Shown one piece after another: positions 10,877 to 21,800 of a DNA stretch of 64,000 nt. Origin of the DNA: an uncultured cyanobacterium (GTDB taxonomy: Bacteria; Cyanobacteriota; Cyanobacteriia; Cyanobacteriales; Nostocaceae); NCBI GenBank assembly GCA_963706595.1, contig OY970166.1:608001-672000 (forward strand), read 5' to 3'. Made by a program: the position numbers and the translations under genes. Under the pieces are notes generated by a model. The model saw only the letters and a list, made by a program, of their open reading frames with translations, ran no database searches and was not told the origin of the DNA. Positions within the stretch are counted from its first letter, which is position 1. The number at the start of each line of letters is the position of its first letter.

Positions 10877-11698
10877 ATGACTGACACCCAATTTGTTGTT
10901 TCCCCAACTTGGCTTTTTGAACATCTTAACGATCAACACATCGTCATTGTGGATTGTCGCTTTTCTCTTGCTGATCCTCAACTAGGAAAACAACAATACC
11001 AAGCAAGTCACATTAAAAATTCCTATTATCTAGATTTGAATCAGGATCTTTCCAGTCCTGTAGGTAAGCATGGCGGTAGACATCCTTTACCTGATGTCAA
11101 TGATCTAGCTCACAAATTATCAGCAATGGGGGTGGATTCCCAAAAAACTTTAGTTGTTGCTTATGATGATTCGCGCTTGGCCTTTGCATCTCGCCTTTGG
11201 TGGTTATTACGCTACTTAGGACATGAGTCAGTAGTTGTATTAGATGGAGGATTTACAGCATGGCAAAAAGCTGGTTATGTAGTCACAGATGTAATTTCGC
11301 TCCCCAAAAAAGGTAATTTCATCCCCAAAGTCACACCAGAACTGTTAATAGATATTGAAACTGTGAAAATTCGCAAAGATTTACCAGGAGTAGCTTTGGT
11401 AGATTCTAGAGAAAGCGATCGCTACAGAGGAGAACGAGAACCAATAGATAAAATTGCTGGTCATATTCCCGGTGCAGTTAACTATCCTTGGCAGGAAATC
11501 ACAAACTCTTCTGGTTATCTTCTTTCCCCATCAGAACAACGCCAACGCTGGGAGCAACTAGCAAAAGCTGAGGAAATTTTAGTTTATTGTGGTTCTGGTG
11601 TAACTGCTTGTGTGAATTTACTTTCTTTAAAAATAGCCAATATTCACACAGGAAAACTTTACGCTGGTAGTTGGAGTGACTGGATTAGTTATGAGTAG
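10877..11698 (+). CDS. Tandem-rhodanese sulfurtransferase (SseA-like)
   Basis: GRHPLP, ASRLWWLL, LDGG, AGHIPGAVN, active-site YCGSGVTAC, YAGSWSDW. Confidence 0.93.
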   Translation: MTDTQFVVSPTWLFEHLNDQHIVIVDCRFSLADPQLGKQQYQASHIKNSYYLDLNQDLSSPVGKHGGRHPLPDVNDLAHKLSAMGVDSQKTLVVAYDDSRLAFASRLWWLLRYLGHESVVVLDGGFTAWQKAGYVVTDVISLPKKGNFIPKVTPELLIDIETVKIRKDLPGVALVDSRESDRYRGEREPIDKIAGHIPGAVNYPWQEITNSSGYLLSPSEQRQRWEQLAKAEEILVYCGSGVTACVNLLSLKIANIHTGKLYAGSWSDWISYE

Positions 11699-11826
11699 GG
11701 ATTATTACTTTAAATATTCCTGATTTCCGCCGTGAATATCAGATAGTAAAAAATTTCATCCTGATTACAAGTAAAGTTATCTGCTGGGATAACGATATTA
11801 TTTCAGCGTATAGAAAGATAGCTAAA

Positions 11827-11861
11827 TCAAAAGCGCCCTCCCATTTGGAAGAGCGCTTTGA
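11827..11861 (-). terminator. Intrinsic terminator hairpin downstream of psbA
   Basis: aaagcgccctc-ccatttgg-aagagcgcttt; followed by a T-run on the minus strand. Confidence 0.75.
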
Positions 11862-11896
11862 ACTTGCAGAGAAGTTATTGTTTATGTCTCAAAGAA

Positions 11897-12980
<1,084 letters not shown>

Positions 12981-13049
12981 GTTTTTATGATTGCGGTTAT
13001 TTATGTATGAATGAGACAGAGGCGTTTGCTTTTCTGTCTATGAAATTAC

Positions 13050-13067
13050 TTTACACTACTTTACAAA
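13050..13067. promoter_or_regulatory. HLR1 (RpaB-binding) direct repeat in the psbA promoter
   Basis: TTTACACT-ac-TTTACAAA matches (G/T)TTACA(T/A)(T/A)-N2 repeat with one mismatch, about 70-90 bp upstream of the psbA ATG. Confidence 0.7.
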
Positions 13068-13237
13068 TGTTAAGCAAGTAAATTAATATGAGTAAAAATT
13101 ATACATATAGTTAGTTTTACTTATCCAAAGATAAAAGTTATCGGCGTAGTTAAATAGGTGAGGACAGTGTTGATTGCTCAAAGCCTTAAAGAAACAGGGT
13201 TTGTCTTTAGCACTCAGTACATCAGCACTTTGCCGTA

Positions 13238-13334
13238 CTAGTACAGCACGGCGTAAACAGCACCACCACAAGAAATCAATGAAAAGCCTATAGCATCAGC
13301 TTTTCGACTTTTGGCGATCGCCTAGCGGTACTAG
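13238..13334. mobile_element. MITE-like dispersed repeat with CTAGTAC...GTACTAG ends (copy B, inverted relative to 10204-10322)
   Basis: ctagtacagcacggcgtaaaca ... cgcctagcggtactag. Confidence 0.7.
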
Positions 13335-13374
13335 TGCAGCGCAACCACATTATATAAACTCGTGATTTCGGAGC

Positions 13375-13479
13375 TATAGCAACCGCCAAGGAGGTTAAGA
13401 CATCAACGGATAATCAAACTTAAACACCAAAAGGGTTTTAACCCACTCCCCACTCCCCACTCCCTACTCCCCAGCTATA
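13375..13479. mobile_element. TATAGC...GCTATA-bounded miniature element carrying about 4 CCC(C/T)ACT heptamers
   Basis: Shares gaggttaagacat.aacggat.atcaa...ttaacccact(ccc.act)n ccccagctata with 18662-18831. Confidence 0.7.
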
Positions 13480-13532
13480 TCTGCCTAGAACTAGCTCCCA
13501 CTATTCAGAAGGTATTGGTAGCACTGAATTGA

Positions 13533-14873
13533 TCAGCGATCATTGCGTTTAGTCCCACGGCGTGATGAAGAGGGACGAGCATCGGACTTTTTACCACCTG
13601 TCACGGTTCGCGGTGTTGATTGTTTAGCTGATTTTTGTGGCACCGGTTTAGCAGTAGAGCCAGATGGACCTTTACTAGCGTTGGATCTGTGCTTGCGTCC
13701 ATCTGGAATTGATTCCGACTTGGTGGGAAAATTGGTTCCAAAGCCAGCAACCACTTCAAAAGGCAAGCGCTGTTCAATCAATTTTTCGATATCTGCCAGG
13801 AGATGGTATTCATCGGCGCACACCAGCGAGATAGCTTCACCTGACGCACCAGCGCGACCAGTACGACCAATGCGATGAACATAATCTTCTGGTACATTGG
13901 GCAGATCGAAATTGACCACATGGGGCAGTTCGCTGATGTCGAGACCCCGTGCCGCAATGTCGGTGGCCACTAATACCTGTAAAGTGCCGTTTTTAAACTT
14001 CGCCAGAGAGTTGGTACGCGCCGCCTGGCTTTTATTACCGTGGATAGCCAGTGCTTGAATACGCTCCTCACCCAACTGCTTAACCAGACGATCAGCACCG
14101 TGCTTAGTACGAGTAAACACTAGCACTTGATACCAATTATCTTGTCGAATCAACTGAGCAAGCAATTGGCGCTTCCGGTCACGGTCTACTTTATAGACTT
14201 TCTGTGCCACCGTGTCGGCCGTAACGTTGCGGCGTGCCACCTCAATCATCTTCGGTCGATCTAGCAGCCCAGTGGCAAGTGCCTTGATTTTATCGGAGAA
14301 GGTGGCAAAAAATAGCAAGTTTTGGCGTTTTTTGGGTAGAAGCGAGAGAATACGACGGATATCTCGAATAAAACCCATGTCTAACATCCGATCTGCTTCA
14401 TCCAGCACCAAAACCTCAATATGTGAAAGGTTTACCGTGCCTTGCTGCACATGGTCTAGCAATCGCCCTGGAGTGGCAACCAGAATATCCACTCGACCCT
14501 TCAGAAGCCGTTTTTGTGGATTAATACTGACACCGCCGAACATCGCCATCGTGTTCAACTTCAGATACTTGCCGTAATCACGCACGCTTGATTCCACCTG
14601 TGCGGCCAATTCACGAGTCGGGGTGAGAATCAGCGCCCGGATCGCTGGGCATCCATTAGAAGTGCTTTTAGCGCTCTGGGATGACAAACGATGCAGAAGC
14701 GGCAGGGTGAAGCTGGCAGTCTTTCCAGTACCAGTTTGAGCGCCAGCTAGTAAGTCGCTACCTGACAAGACGGCAGGGATCGCCTGTATCTGGATTGGCG
14801 TGGGTTTGGTATACCCTAACTCTGTGACAGCACGGATAATTTCATTGGACAAGCCGAGATTAGAAAAAGACAT
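13533..14873 (-). CDS. crhC: DEAD-box RNA helicase, RhlE-like, CrhC type
   Basis: Start MSFSNLGLS at 14873. Q-motif, [28 protein letters not shown]. Motif III is FAT (LLFFATFS) rather than SAT, the known peculiarity of Anabaena CrhC. Confidence 0.9.
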   Translation of the reverse strand: MSFSNLGLSNEIIRAVTELGYTKPTPIQIQAIPAVLSGSDLLAGAQTGTGKTASFTLPLLHRLSSQSAKSTSNGCPAIRALILTPTRELAAQVESSVRDYGKYLKLNTMAMFGGVSINPQKRLLKGRVDILVATPGRLLDHVQQGTVNLSHIEVLVLDEADRMLDMGFIRDIRRILSLLPKKRQNLLFFATFSDKIKALATGLLDRPKMIEVARRNVTADTVAQKVYKVDRDRKRQLLAQLIRQDNWYQVLVFTRTKHGADRLVKQLGEERIQALAIHGNKSQAARTNSLAKFKNGTLQVLVATDIAARGLDISELPHVVNFDLPNVPEDYVHRIGRTGRAGASGEAISLVCADEYHLLADIEKLIEQRLPFEVVAGFGTNFPTKSESIPDGRKHRSNASKGPSGSTAKPVPQKSAKQSTPRTVTGGKKSDARPSSSRRGTKRNDR

Positions 14874-15313
14874 AGAACTCCGAAAATAACATCGGCCTGT
14901 CGCCAGTGGCGACATCAGTCTTAGGCAGACGGACAAAAGTTTGAAAGGCTGGATCGGCAGTAGCGCCAAGACTAAGAGCGAATGCCGCAGCTCTGCATTG
15001 TAACAGAGTGTAGTCTAAATGTTGTCATGTTTGGAGACATTACCACTCTACGCGAGCGAAACTCATACTGGAAAAAGAAATTCTCTGAGGTGTTCATGTT
15101 TATCATGAGCATCCTTCTGGGGTATGTAAATCAAAGTTTTATACTCATATCTGAAGAAAGAGGAAAGCAAAATCAGATTAATAGCAAAATAGAATATATC
15201 ATGTAGCCTTGATTGCTAGATTAAGCCCCCATAAAACAACTCCGTTTTAACTCCCCTCCCCTTACACCTACCGTGTACACACAAGTGATTGAATTACCTC
15301 AAATCCTTTAAAA

Positions 15314-15393
15314 GTAAGGTGTGTTATGCAGAAGGCTAACGCACCATCCCAGATTTTCGGTGCGTTAGGACTAAAGTCCATAACGCACCCTAC
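15314..15393. repeat. REP-like double-hairpin palindrome (GTAGGGTGCGTTA...TAACGCACCCTAC family)
   Basis: gtaaggtgtgtta..taacgcacc...ggtgcgtta..taacgcaccctac; same family as the element near 42272-42354. Confidence 0.7.
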
Positions 15394-15629
15394 CGAAAGA
15401 AATAGACAACGTAACTTTAATTTTCGGCTATTTTAGTGAGCATAGATACAAAAGGGCTTGTCATCAGAAATCGCGCGCGCAAATTTTCAGAAAAATTCGG
15501 GTAATGCAAAGTTATTTAGGCCAAGCCTTGGGGGTGGGTGCAATGACTGTGGCAAACATAACTAATGATCCGAAGCTGATATTATCGTTCCTGCAAAGAT
15601 GAGAGAAGAACAACCACACAGGTGTAATT

Positions 15630-16328
15630 ATGACTATAGCGACAGACGAAGAACTCCAAGCTAAAGTTGTAGATAAACTTCACTGGGATGACCGTGTAAA
15701 TGCAGCAAATATTGGTGTAACTGTTGATGATGCCAAGGTAACATTGCGGGGAACAGTACCTAGCTATCGAGCCAAAAGCATAGCAGAAGAAGATACTAAA
15801 GACATAGAAGGAATTATTGAGGTAATTAATCACTTACAGGTGCAGTATCCTGCCTCAATCCCTGTGCCTATAGATGACGAAATCGCCTCAAATGTCGCAA
15901 ATGCCCTGACTTGGGACCCAGATATTGATGCCAACAAAATTGATGTTAGCGTTATCGGTGGATTGCTGACTTTACGAGGTACAGTAGACGCTTATTGGAA
16001 GAAATTTCAGGTAGAAGATATAGGTTATGGCATTACTGGTGTAATTGATATTATCAATGAATTAGCAGTTGTGCCTACTAAGAGACCTGAAGATGAGGAA
16101 ATTGCCAGAAGCATTGAGAATGCTTTGGAACATAATACTTTTGTGGAAGCTGAAGATGTCAACGTTGTAGTAGAAAATGGCAGAGTCACCCTCACAGGCT
16201 TTGTTCCTAATTGGGCAGCATGGAGAGCAGCACATAATGCAGCTACTTATACCAAAGGAGTGATTAAGGTAGTTGATGGATTAGCTATTCGTTACCTAGA
16301 GGAACAAGAATTTTTAACTGAAGAATAA
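15630..16328 (+). CDS. Triple BON-domain protein
   Basis: Three repeats of D..I/L...V...L......I.V.V..G.VTL.G.V......A......GV..V.N.L; no signal peptide. Confidence 0.9.
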   Translation: MTIATDEELQAKVVDKLHWDDRVNAANIGVTVDDAKVTLRGTVPSYRAKSIAEEDTKDIEGIIEVINHLQVQYPASIPVPIDDEIASNVANALTWDPDIDANKIDVSVIGGLLTLRGTVDAYWKKFQVEDIGYGITGVIDIINELAVVPTKRPEDEEIARSIENALEHNTFVEAEDVNVVVENGRVTLTGFVPNWAAWRAAHNAATYTKGVIKVVDGLAIRYLEEQEFLTEE

Positions 16329-16435
16329 CTGTATTTTGATAATTTTTATAGCCCGCGTAGGCGGGCTGAGTTCGTGCATCCGCCCTATTGAAGCTATTAT
16401 GCGGATATTTATTGATAGCATGACCTGAAACCCAT

Positions 16436-16463
16436 GTAGAGACGTGAGATGTTACGTCTCTAC
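16436..16463. repeat. GTAGAGACGT...ACGTCTCTAC palindrome (REP-like)
   Basis: Further copies at about 42562-42587 and 57757-57784, degenerate at about 18392-18420. Confidence 0.7.
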
Positions 16464-16482
16464 ATTCTTTTTGATTAGATGT

Positions 16483-16893
16483 CTATTGGATAATCGGGCA
16501 GATTGTATCCTCTTTCTGACTAGATTTATTGTTCCAGCCGTCGAGTAATTCCCCGATTTGTGAGCGTAAGGTCAGCAATTGAGTAATTTGGCTATCAATC
16601 TGTGAAAGTTTTTCTTCTAACTTTTCTCTAATTTCGTCACAGGGGGGTTGTCCTTGGTCATAGACCTGAAGAATATCTCGAATCTCTTCCAAACTCAGGC
16701 CTAAACTTTGCGCCCTTTTAATGAAAGCTAACCGAGTCAGCACATCTATTGAGAATTGGCGAAAACCTCCCTCTGTGCGCCCTGATGATTCTACTAAACC
16801 TAAACTTTCGTAATAGCGAATTGTCCTGATCGGAATTCCGCTCAGATTTGTTACCTGACCAATTAAAAACAGTTTTTTATCCTGAGTTAACAC
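16483..16893 (-). CDS. MerR-family heavy-metal-responsive transcriptional regulator
   Basis: IGQV...TIRYYESLGL...GFRQF...LAFIKRAQSLGLSLEEIRDIL; Cys in PPCD and ICPII. Confidence 0.92.
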   Translation of the reverse strand: MLTQDKKLFLIGQVTNLSGIPIRTIRYYESLGLVESSGRTEGGFRQFSIDVLTRLAFIKRAQSLGLSLEEIRDILQVYDQGQPPCDEIREKLEEKLSQIDSQITQLLTLRSQIGELLDGWNNKSSQKEDTICPIIQ

Positions 16894-17284
16894 GGCAGAC
16901 TTCCCTAACTCTTGTATTTATTATGACATATTTTGGTGGGGAGTGGGGAGTGGGGAATAAACTTTTTGTGTGATGCCGAGATTGTAAGCGCACAGCGCAG
17001 GCTACGCCAACAAAAATCAGATAGGAGTCCTATAGAATTTTTATTTGTTTAGAGATTATACTCAGGTTTTATGATTCAAATATCTATTATGAGGGAATAA
17101 CGGCATATATTAAACATTATTTAATTGACAAAAAACTCTGATATTGGGTTGATTGAATATTCAATCAGAAGATTTTTATTAATTAGTTGTGCAACTATCT
17201 TTCCCAGTAATAAAAGTAACCGTTTCTTGGCGATTATCATGTTACTTCTAGATTAACCGCTTCACTTCAAGTGAAACTCTGAAA

Positions 17285-18370
17285 ATGAATGTTAATTTGC
17301 AGAACGTTAGCTCAAACCATAAACCGAGAATTTTTAATAATCCTGAACGTTTTGTTGAGGGATGGTACTGGGTTATCCCATCAAAACATCTACGGGTCGG
17401 GAAGGTAAAGGCTGTCACAGTTTTGGGTAGGGAATTAGCGATTTACCGTGGTAAAGATAAAGGTGTCGTTATTGTTGATGCCTATTGTCCGCATATGGGC
17501 GCTCATCTGGCGGAAGGCAAAGTTGAGGGTAACGAATTACGTTGTTTTTTCCATCATTGGAAGTTTGATGACCAAGGATTTTGTGTTGATATCCCATGTT
17601 TAAGTCAGCCTGTTACTGTCAGGTTAAAAACTTGGCCTACGGCTGAGAAGTATGGGATGATTTGGGTTTGGACTGGAGAAATACCCAAACAACCCCTACC
17701 CTTTGTTCTGGAGTTAGAAAACCAGGAATGCGATGCTGTTTTTGGTTCTTATTTCTTGGTGAACTCTCACCCGAATGCGGTGATGATTAATCCCATTGAT
17801 GCTCAACACTTGAATACAGTTCACAAATTAACATCAGAAATTCATTTTGAAAAACAGGAACTCAATCAGAATGCTATTGTGTTCACGAATACTTCACCTA
17901 ACACTGGAAATTCATTTTTAGAGAAGCTGATACGTCCCTTCAGCAAAAATAGCACTTACAATATTTGCTATTGGTATGGTAGCACTAACATCGTAACCTT
18001 TGGGACTGATTGCTTCCATGTTCACGTTATGTTTGCCGCGCGCCTCCTGGAAGGGGGCAAATCTGAAGTTCAGGTGATGCTGATTAGTAAGAAACGTCGG
18101 AGAATTTTTGGTTGGTTATATAATCGAGTCGTGTTGTGGCTGATTAAAATTATGGGGATAAATTTTGTTCAGGATGACCTGAAGGTTTTTGAGACAATTA
18201 AGTTTGATTTGAAAACTCCAATCAAGGCAGACTACTCAATTATGCAGTTTGTCAATCATCTGGAAAGACAAAAACCCCTGATGTTAAAAAGTTGGCAGTT
18301 AGCGCGATCGCAAAATGTGGAAGTTAAGGAAACTCGCGAAAAATGGCAGGATACAAAGTCTAATGATTGA
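17285..18370 (+). CDS. Rieske [2Fe-2S] non-heme iron oxygenase
   Basis: CPHMGAHL...CFFHHW Rieske motif; DAQHLNTVH mononuclear iron motif. Confidence 0.9.
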   Translation: MNVNLQNVSSNHKPRIFNNPERFVEGWYWVIPSKHLRVGKVKAVTVLGRELAIYRGKDKGVVIVDAYCPHMGAHLAEGKVEGNELRCFFHHWKFDDQGFCVDIPCLSQPVTVRLKTWPTAEKYGMIWVWTGEIPKQPLPFVLELENQECDAVFGSYFLVNSHPNAVMINPIDAQHLNTVHKLTSEIHFEKQELNQNAIVFTNTSPNTGNSFLEKLIRPFSKNSTYNICYWYGSTNIVTFGTDCFHVHVMFAARLLEGGKSEVQVMLISKKRRRIFGWLYNRVVLWLIKIMGINFVQDDLKVFETIKFDLKTPIKADYSIMQFVNHLERQKPLMLKSWQLARSQNVEVKETREKWQDTKSND

Positions 18371-18661
18371 TAGACATCTGCGGCAAAAGAATGTAGAGAT
18401 TTGTGATGCTTAGTCTCTACAATGGTTATGGATAAGGCATATTCGAGATAAAAAAAGATAAAAATGAAGTGGCAATGCCACTTCATAATTCCCAGGTAGA
18501 ACCTAAAAATGAGTATAACGACTATCCCAAATATAAATAGTATAAACTAACACTTATTTTTTTAATTTTTCTGTTTTCTTGACCGTCTGGGTGAGAGCAT
18601 TGTCATTTATTTCAGGCAATCACCAGATGCTAAATAGATTTCATCGCCCAAAAAAAGCAAA

Positions 18662-18831
<170 letters not shown>

Positions 18832-18835
18832 AGCC

Positions 18836-21800
18836 TTAAAATCGCCGTTGAAATTCCACTACGACCCGACTATCGTCTTCTAAATTAGTGGAAGCACGCA
18901 AACGAATTTCCTCATTGATGCGGTAATTTACACCCCACTGAAATGGATCATTTGCTGTCAATATTTTGATGCTGGAAACAGAAACTTTGGGAGAAACATC
19001 AATTCCAGCCTCCGCAGCTAATTCCAAACTGGAACTGCTCCTTCCGGCTTCGGGACTATTTGAAACAATTGTCGGAAATATCCGCAGTTCACTTAACCCG
19101 ACAGCGCTACCAATTTGATTAAAGGCTGACTGAAAGTTGCTGAATACAGCTGAACCTGCAATGTTAATCAGACCCAAAGTGCTATCTCCACCTTCCTGTC
19201 CGCCTGCAAACCCACCGCCCAACAAGGCGACAATTTCGGTTTCTGAACGGGCGGGACTGCTTTTTAGTTCTAGTGTTTCATTGAGTTGACTGGCAAAACC
19301 TTGGATATTGGCTTCAACTTGCACACTTTCTAAGGCTGCTAACCCAGCAGTATTTGCCCGTGTGAAATCACTACTTTGAAGTACGTCTAGTACCTTGGCG
19401 ACTAAGCGAACATCTAATTCGGGGTCACGAGGTTGGCTGGCTCTGAAGGTGGCTGTATGTTTGTAACCACGAGCGAGGTTAAACTGTGTGGTAAACAAAT
19501 TCACTCCACCTTGCTCTAGTCTGATAGTACCATCGGGTATTGGTTCAGCAAAGGAGCCGTTAACTATGAGATTACCTGTACCTCGAAAGCTCAGAATAGG
19601 TGGATTATTGATTTCTACGTTTTTACCGAGTTCTATATCTAAATTATTAAACGTCGCGATCGCATCGTCGCTATCAGCTTGAATCTGTTTGTTGACTTTA
19701 GAGGATGATAAGCTACTAGGATTGGCAGGTTGCTCTGGATTGGCAGTACCTGCAAGTAAAACTTGACCATTGAATAAATTCACTTTACCGCCAATTTCTG
19801 GATTCAGAGCCGAACCTGTAATTTGTAAATTGCCACTAGCGCCTCCTTGGTACAAGCCTTTCAGATTTAAAGCTAGTTCATCGACATCAATAATGAGGGG
19901 ATTTTCCAGATTCGCTGGTCCGTTGTTAAAGATGGGAATTTCTCCAGATGCTACTACATTACCTCGGCTAAACTTACCTGCCAGGCTGTCTACTAAAATG
20001 CGGTCAAAATCAAACAGGACTTTTCCTGTGACACCTCGGATTTGTTCTGGTAAAGCCTGGGCGCTAAAGGTGGCATTATTAAGAGTCGCAATGCCATTCA
20101 CTCTCGGTTTTTCTCTTGTCCCGCGCACTTCAATGTCTACGTCTCCTTCACCGTTCTCAAAGGCTACCTGATTGGTCAAGAGATTTAATATTGCTAATCC
20201 CTCATTTTTGACTTTGATATCCAAATTAATTTGATTGTTTTCTGGGGCTACAGAAGCAAAAGGTAACTGATAGGGAATGCTACCAGTAATGTTCACTGGT
20301 TCTGTTTCCACAACTGAGACAGTGCTGCCAAAGTTTAAGCGTCCATTCGCATAACTGAAACTGGCGATCGCTGACTCAACTGGCTGCTGATTCAAGGTTC
20401 CTTCTGTAATTGTCAAATCACCTTTGCTTTGAGGATTGGCAATGCTACCGGCTATTGCGGCTGTACCATTGAGATTACCTGAGATCCCAATTGGTAGGTT
20501 GACAAAATTATTTAGTAATGCTATTGGGAAATCCTTGACCCGCAACTGACCAGATTGATCATCACCGCCAATATTACCTGCAAACACGAGACTGCTATTT
20601 TCTAACTCAATTCGGAATGGTCGTAATTGCAAAATTCCATTTTCAAACCTGCCTTGGGCAACTATGTTATTAGCACTATAGAAACGATTGGGTTCTGTTT
20701 CTTTACCCCAGGTAAAATCTTGACCTCTCAAATCAAATCCTACTGATAAGCCCTTCGCTGTGGCAGTATCTACGGCAATTTCGCCGTTAAAAGATCCTTG
20801 TAAATCTGCTAATGCTGGGATGGGATTGGATTCGAGCCGTTGTTGTGCTTGTGCCGCTAGCAGGGCATCAATTTCGTAAAAGCGTTTGAGTTGGGTTAAT
20901 AAAGGCTGTTCGGGTAATCCACGAGATGTAGTTGCTAGATCCGCAGCTGTGCCGTAGGTGGGTTCTGCTGCACCACGTTGAAAATCTGGTAATTCAAATA
21001 TCTGCGCTACTGTTAGCACATCTTGGATATTACCCTGATTGACATTCAATTTCCCCTGTAGTTGCTGTCCTTGGGAAGTTTGACCAAAATTGCCAGCGAA
21101 AGCATAACGACTGTTGCCTTTGACAAATTCGCTGCTGGTGAGTGTGGTTTTACCATCACTATAGCGGAACTGAGCGGCCAAGCGATCGCCTGTAATTCTA
21201 CCAATTTGTGGAGAGGCGATCGCTAAATCTCCTCTTGCTGCCAATGTCTGCTGATTCACCTGCACATCCCCAGTTAACAGCCCAGCCACAGTCCCAGCAC
21301 CTAAACGCAGATCCGGCGGTGGTGTTAAATTTAAAATTTGTAAAGGAAAGTTTGCCACCTTAATAGCCAAATCATCCCCTTGTGCTTGACCTGTAGCGTA
21401 AGCTTCTTGGCGCTGCACAAGGAACGACTGCGGGCGATTTTGGGCATCAAGATTTAAAGCAATTCTATCTATATCACCCCTCAAATCTAAATTGAAACCT
21501 TGACCTGTTGCCGAGCGGATATTTCCCGTTAACAAAGGCTCAAAAGCAATATCTTGTACAACCAAATCTCTTAACCCAATCTTCCCTGTGAGATTCGGTA
21601 AAGGCAGATTACCAGTGATTTGCCCGTCAAAATCGATATTTCCCGCCACATCAAACTGATTGGGCAGATTGATTGGTAACTGTTTTAAATTATAATTCTG
21701 CGCTTGGACGTTGAGATTTAACTGGGTAATTTCCGGAATAGCTGCGGTCTTCGCATTAGTTAATATGTCACCACTGATATTTAAGCCATTCGCTACAGCT

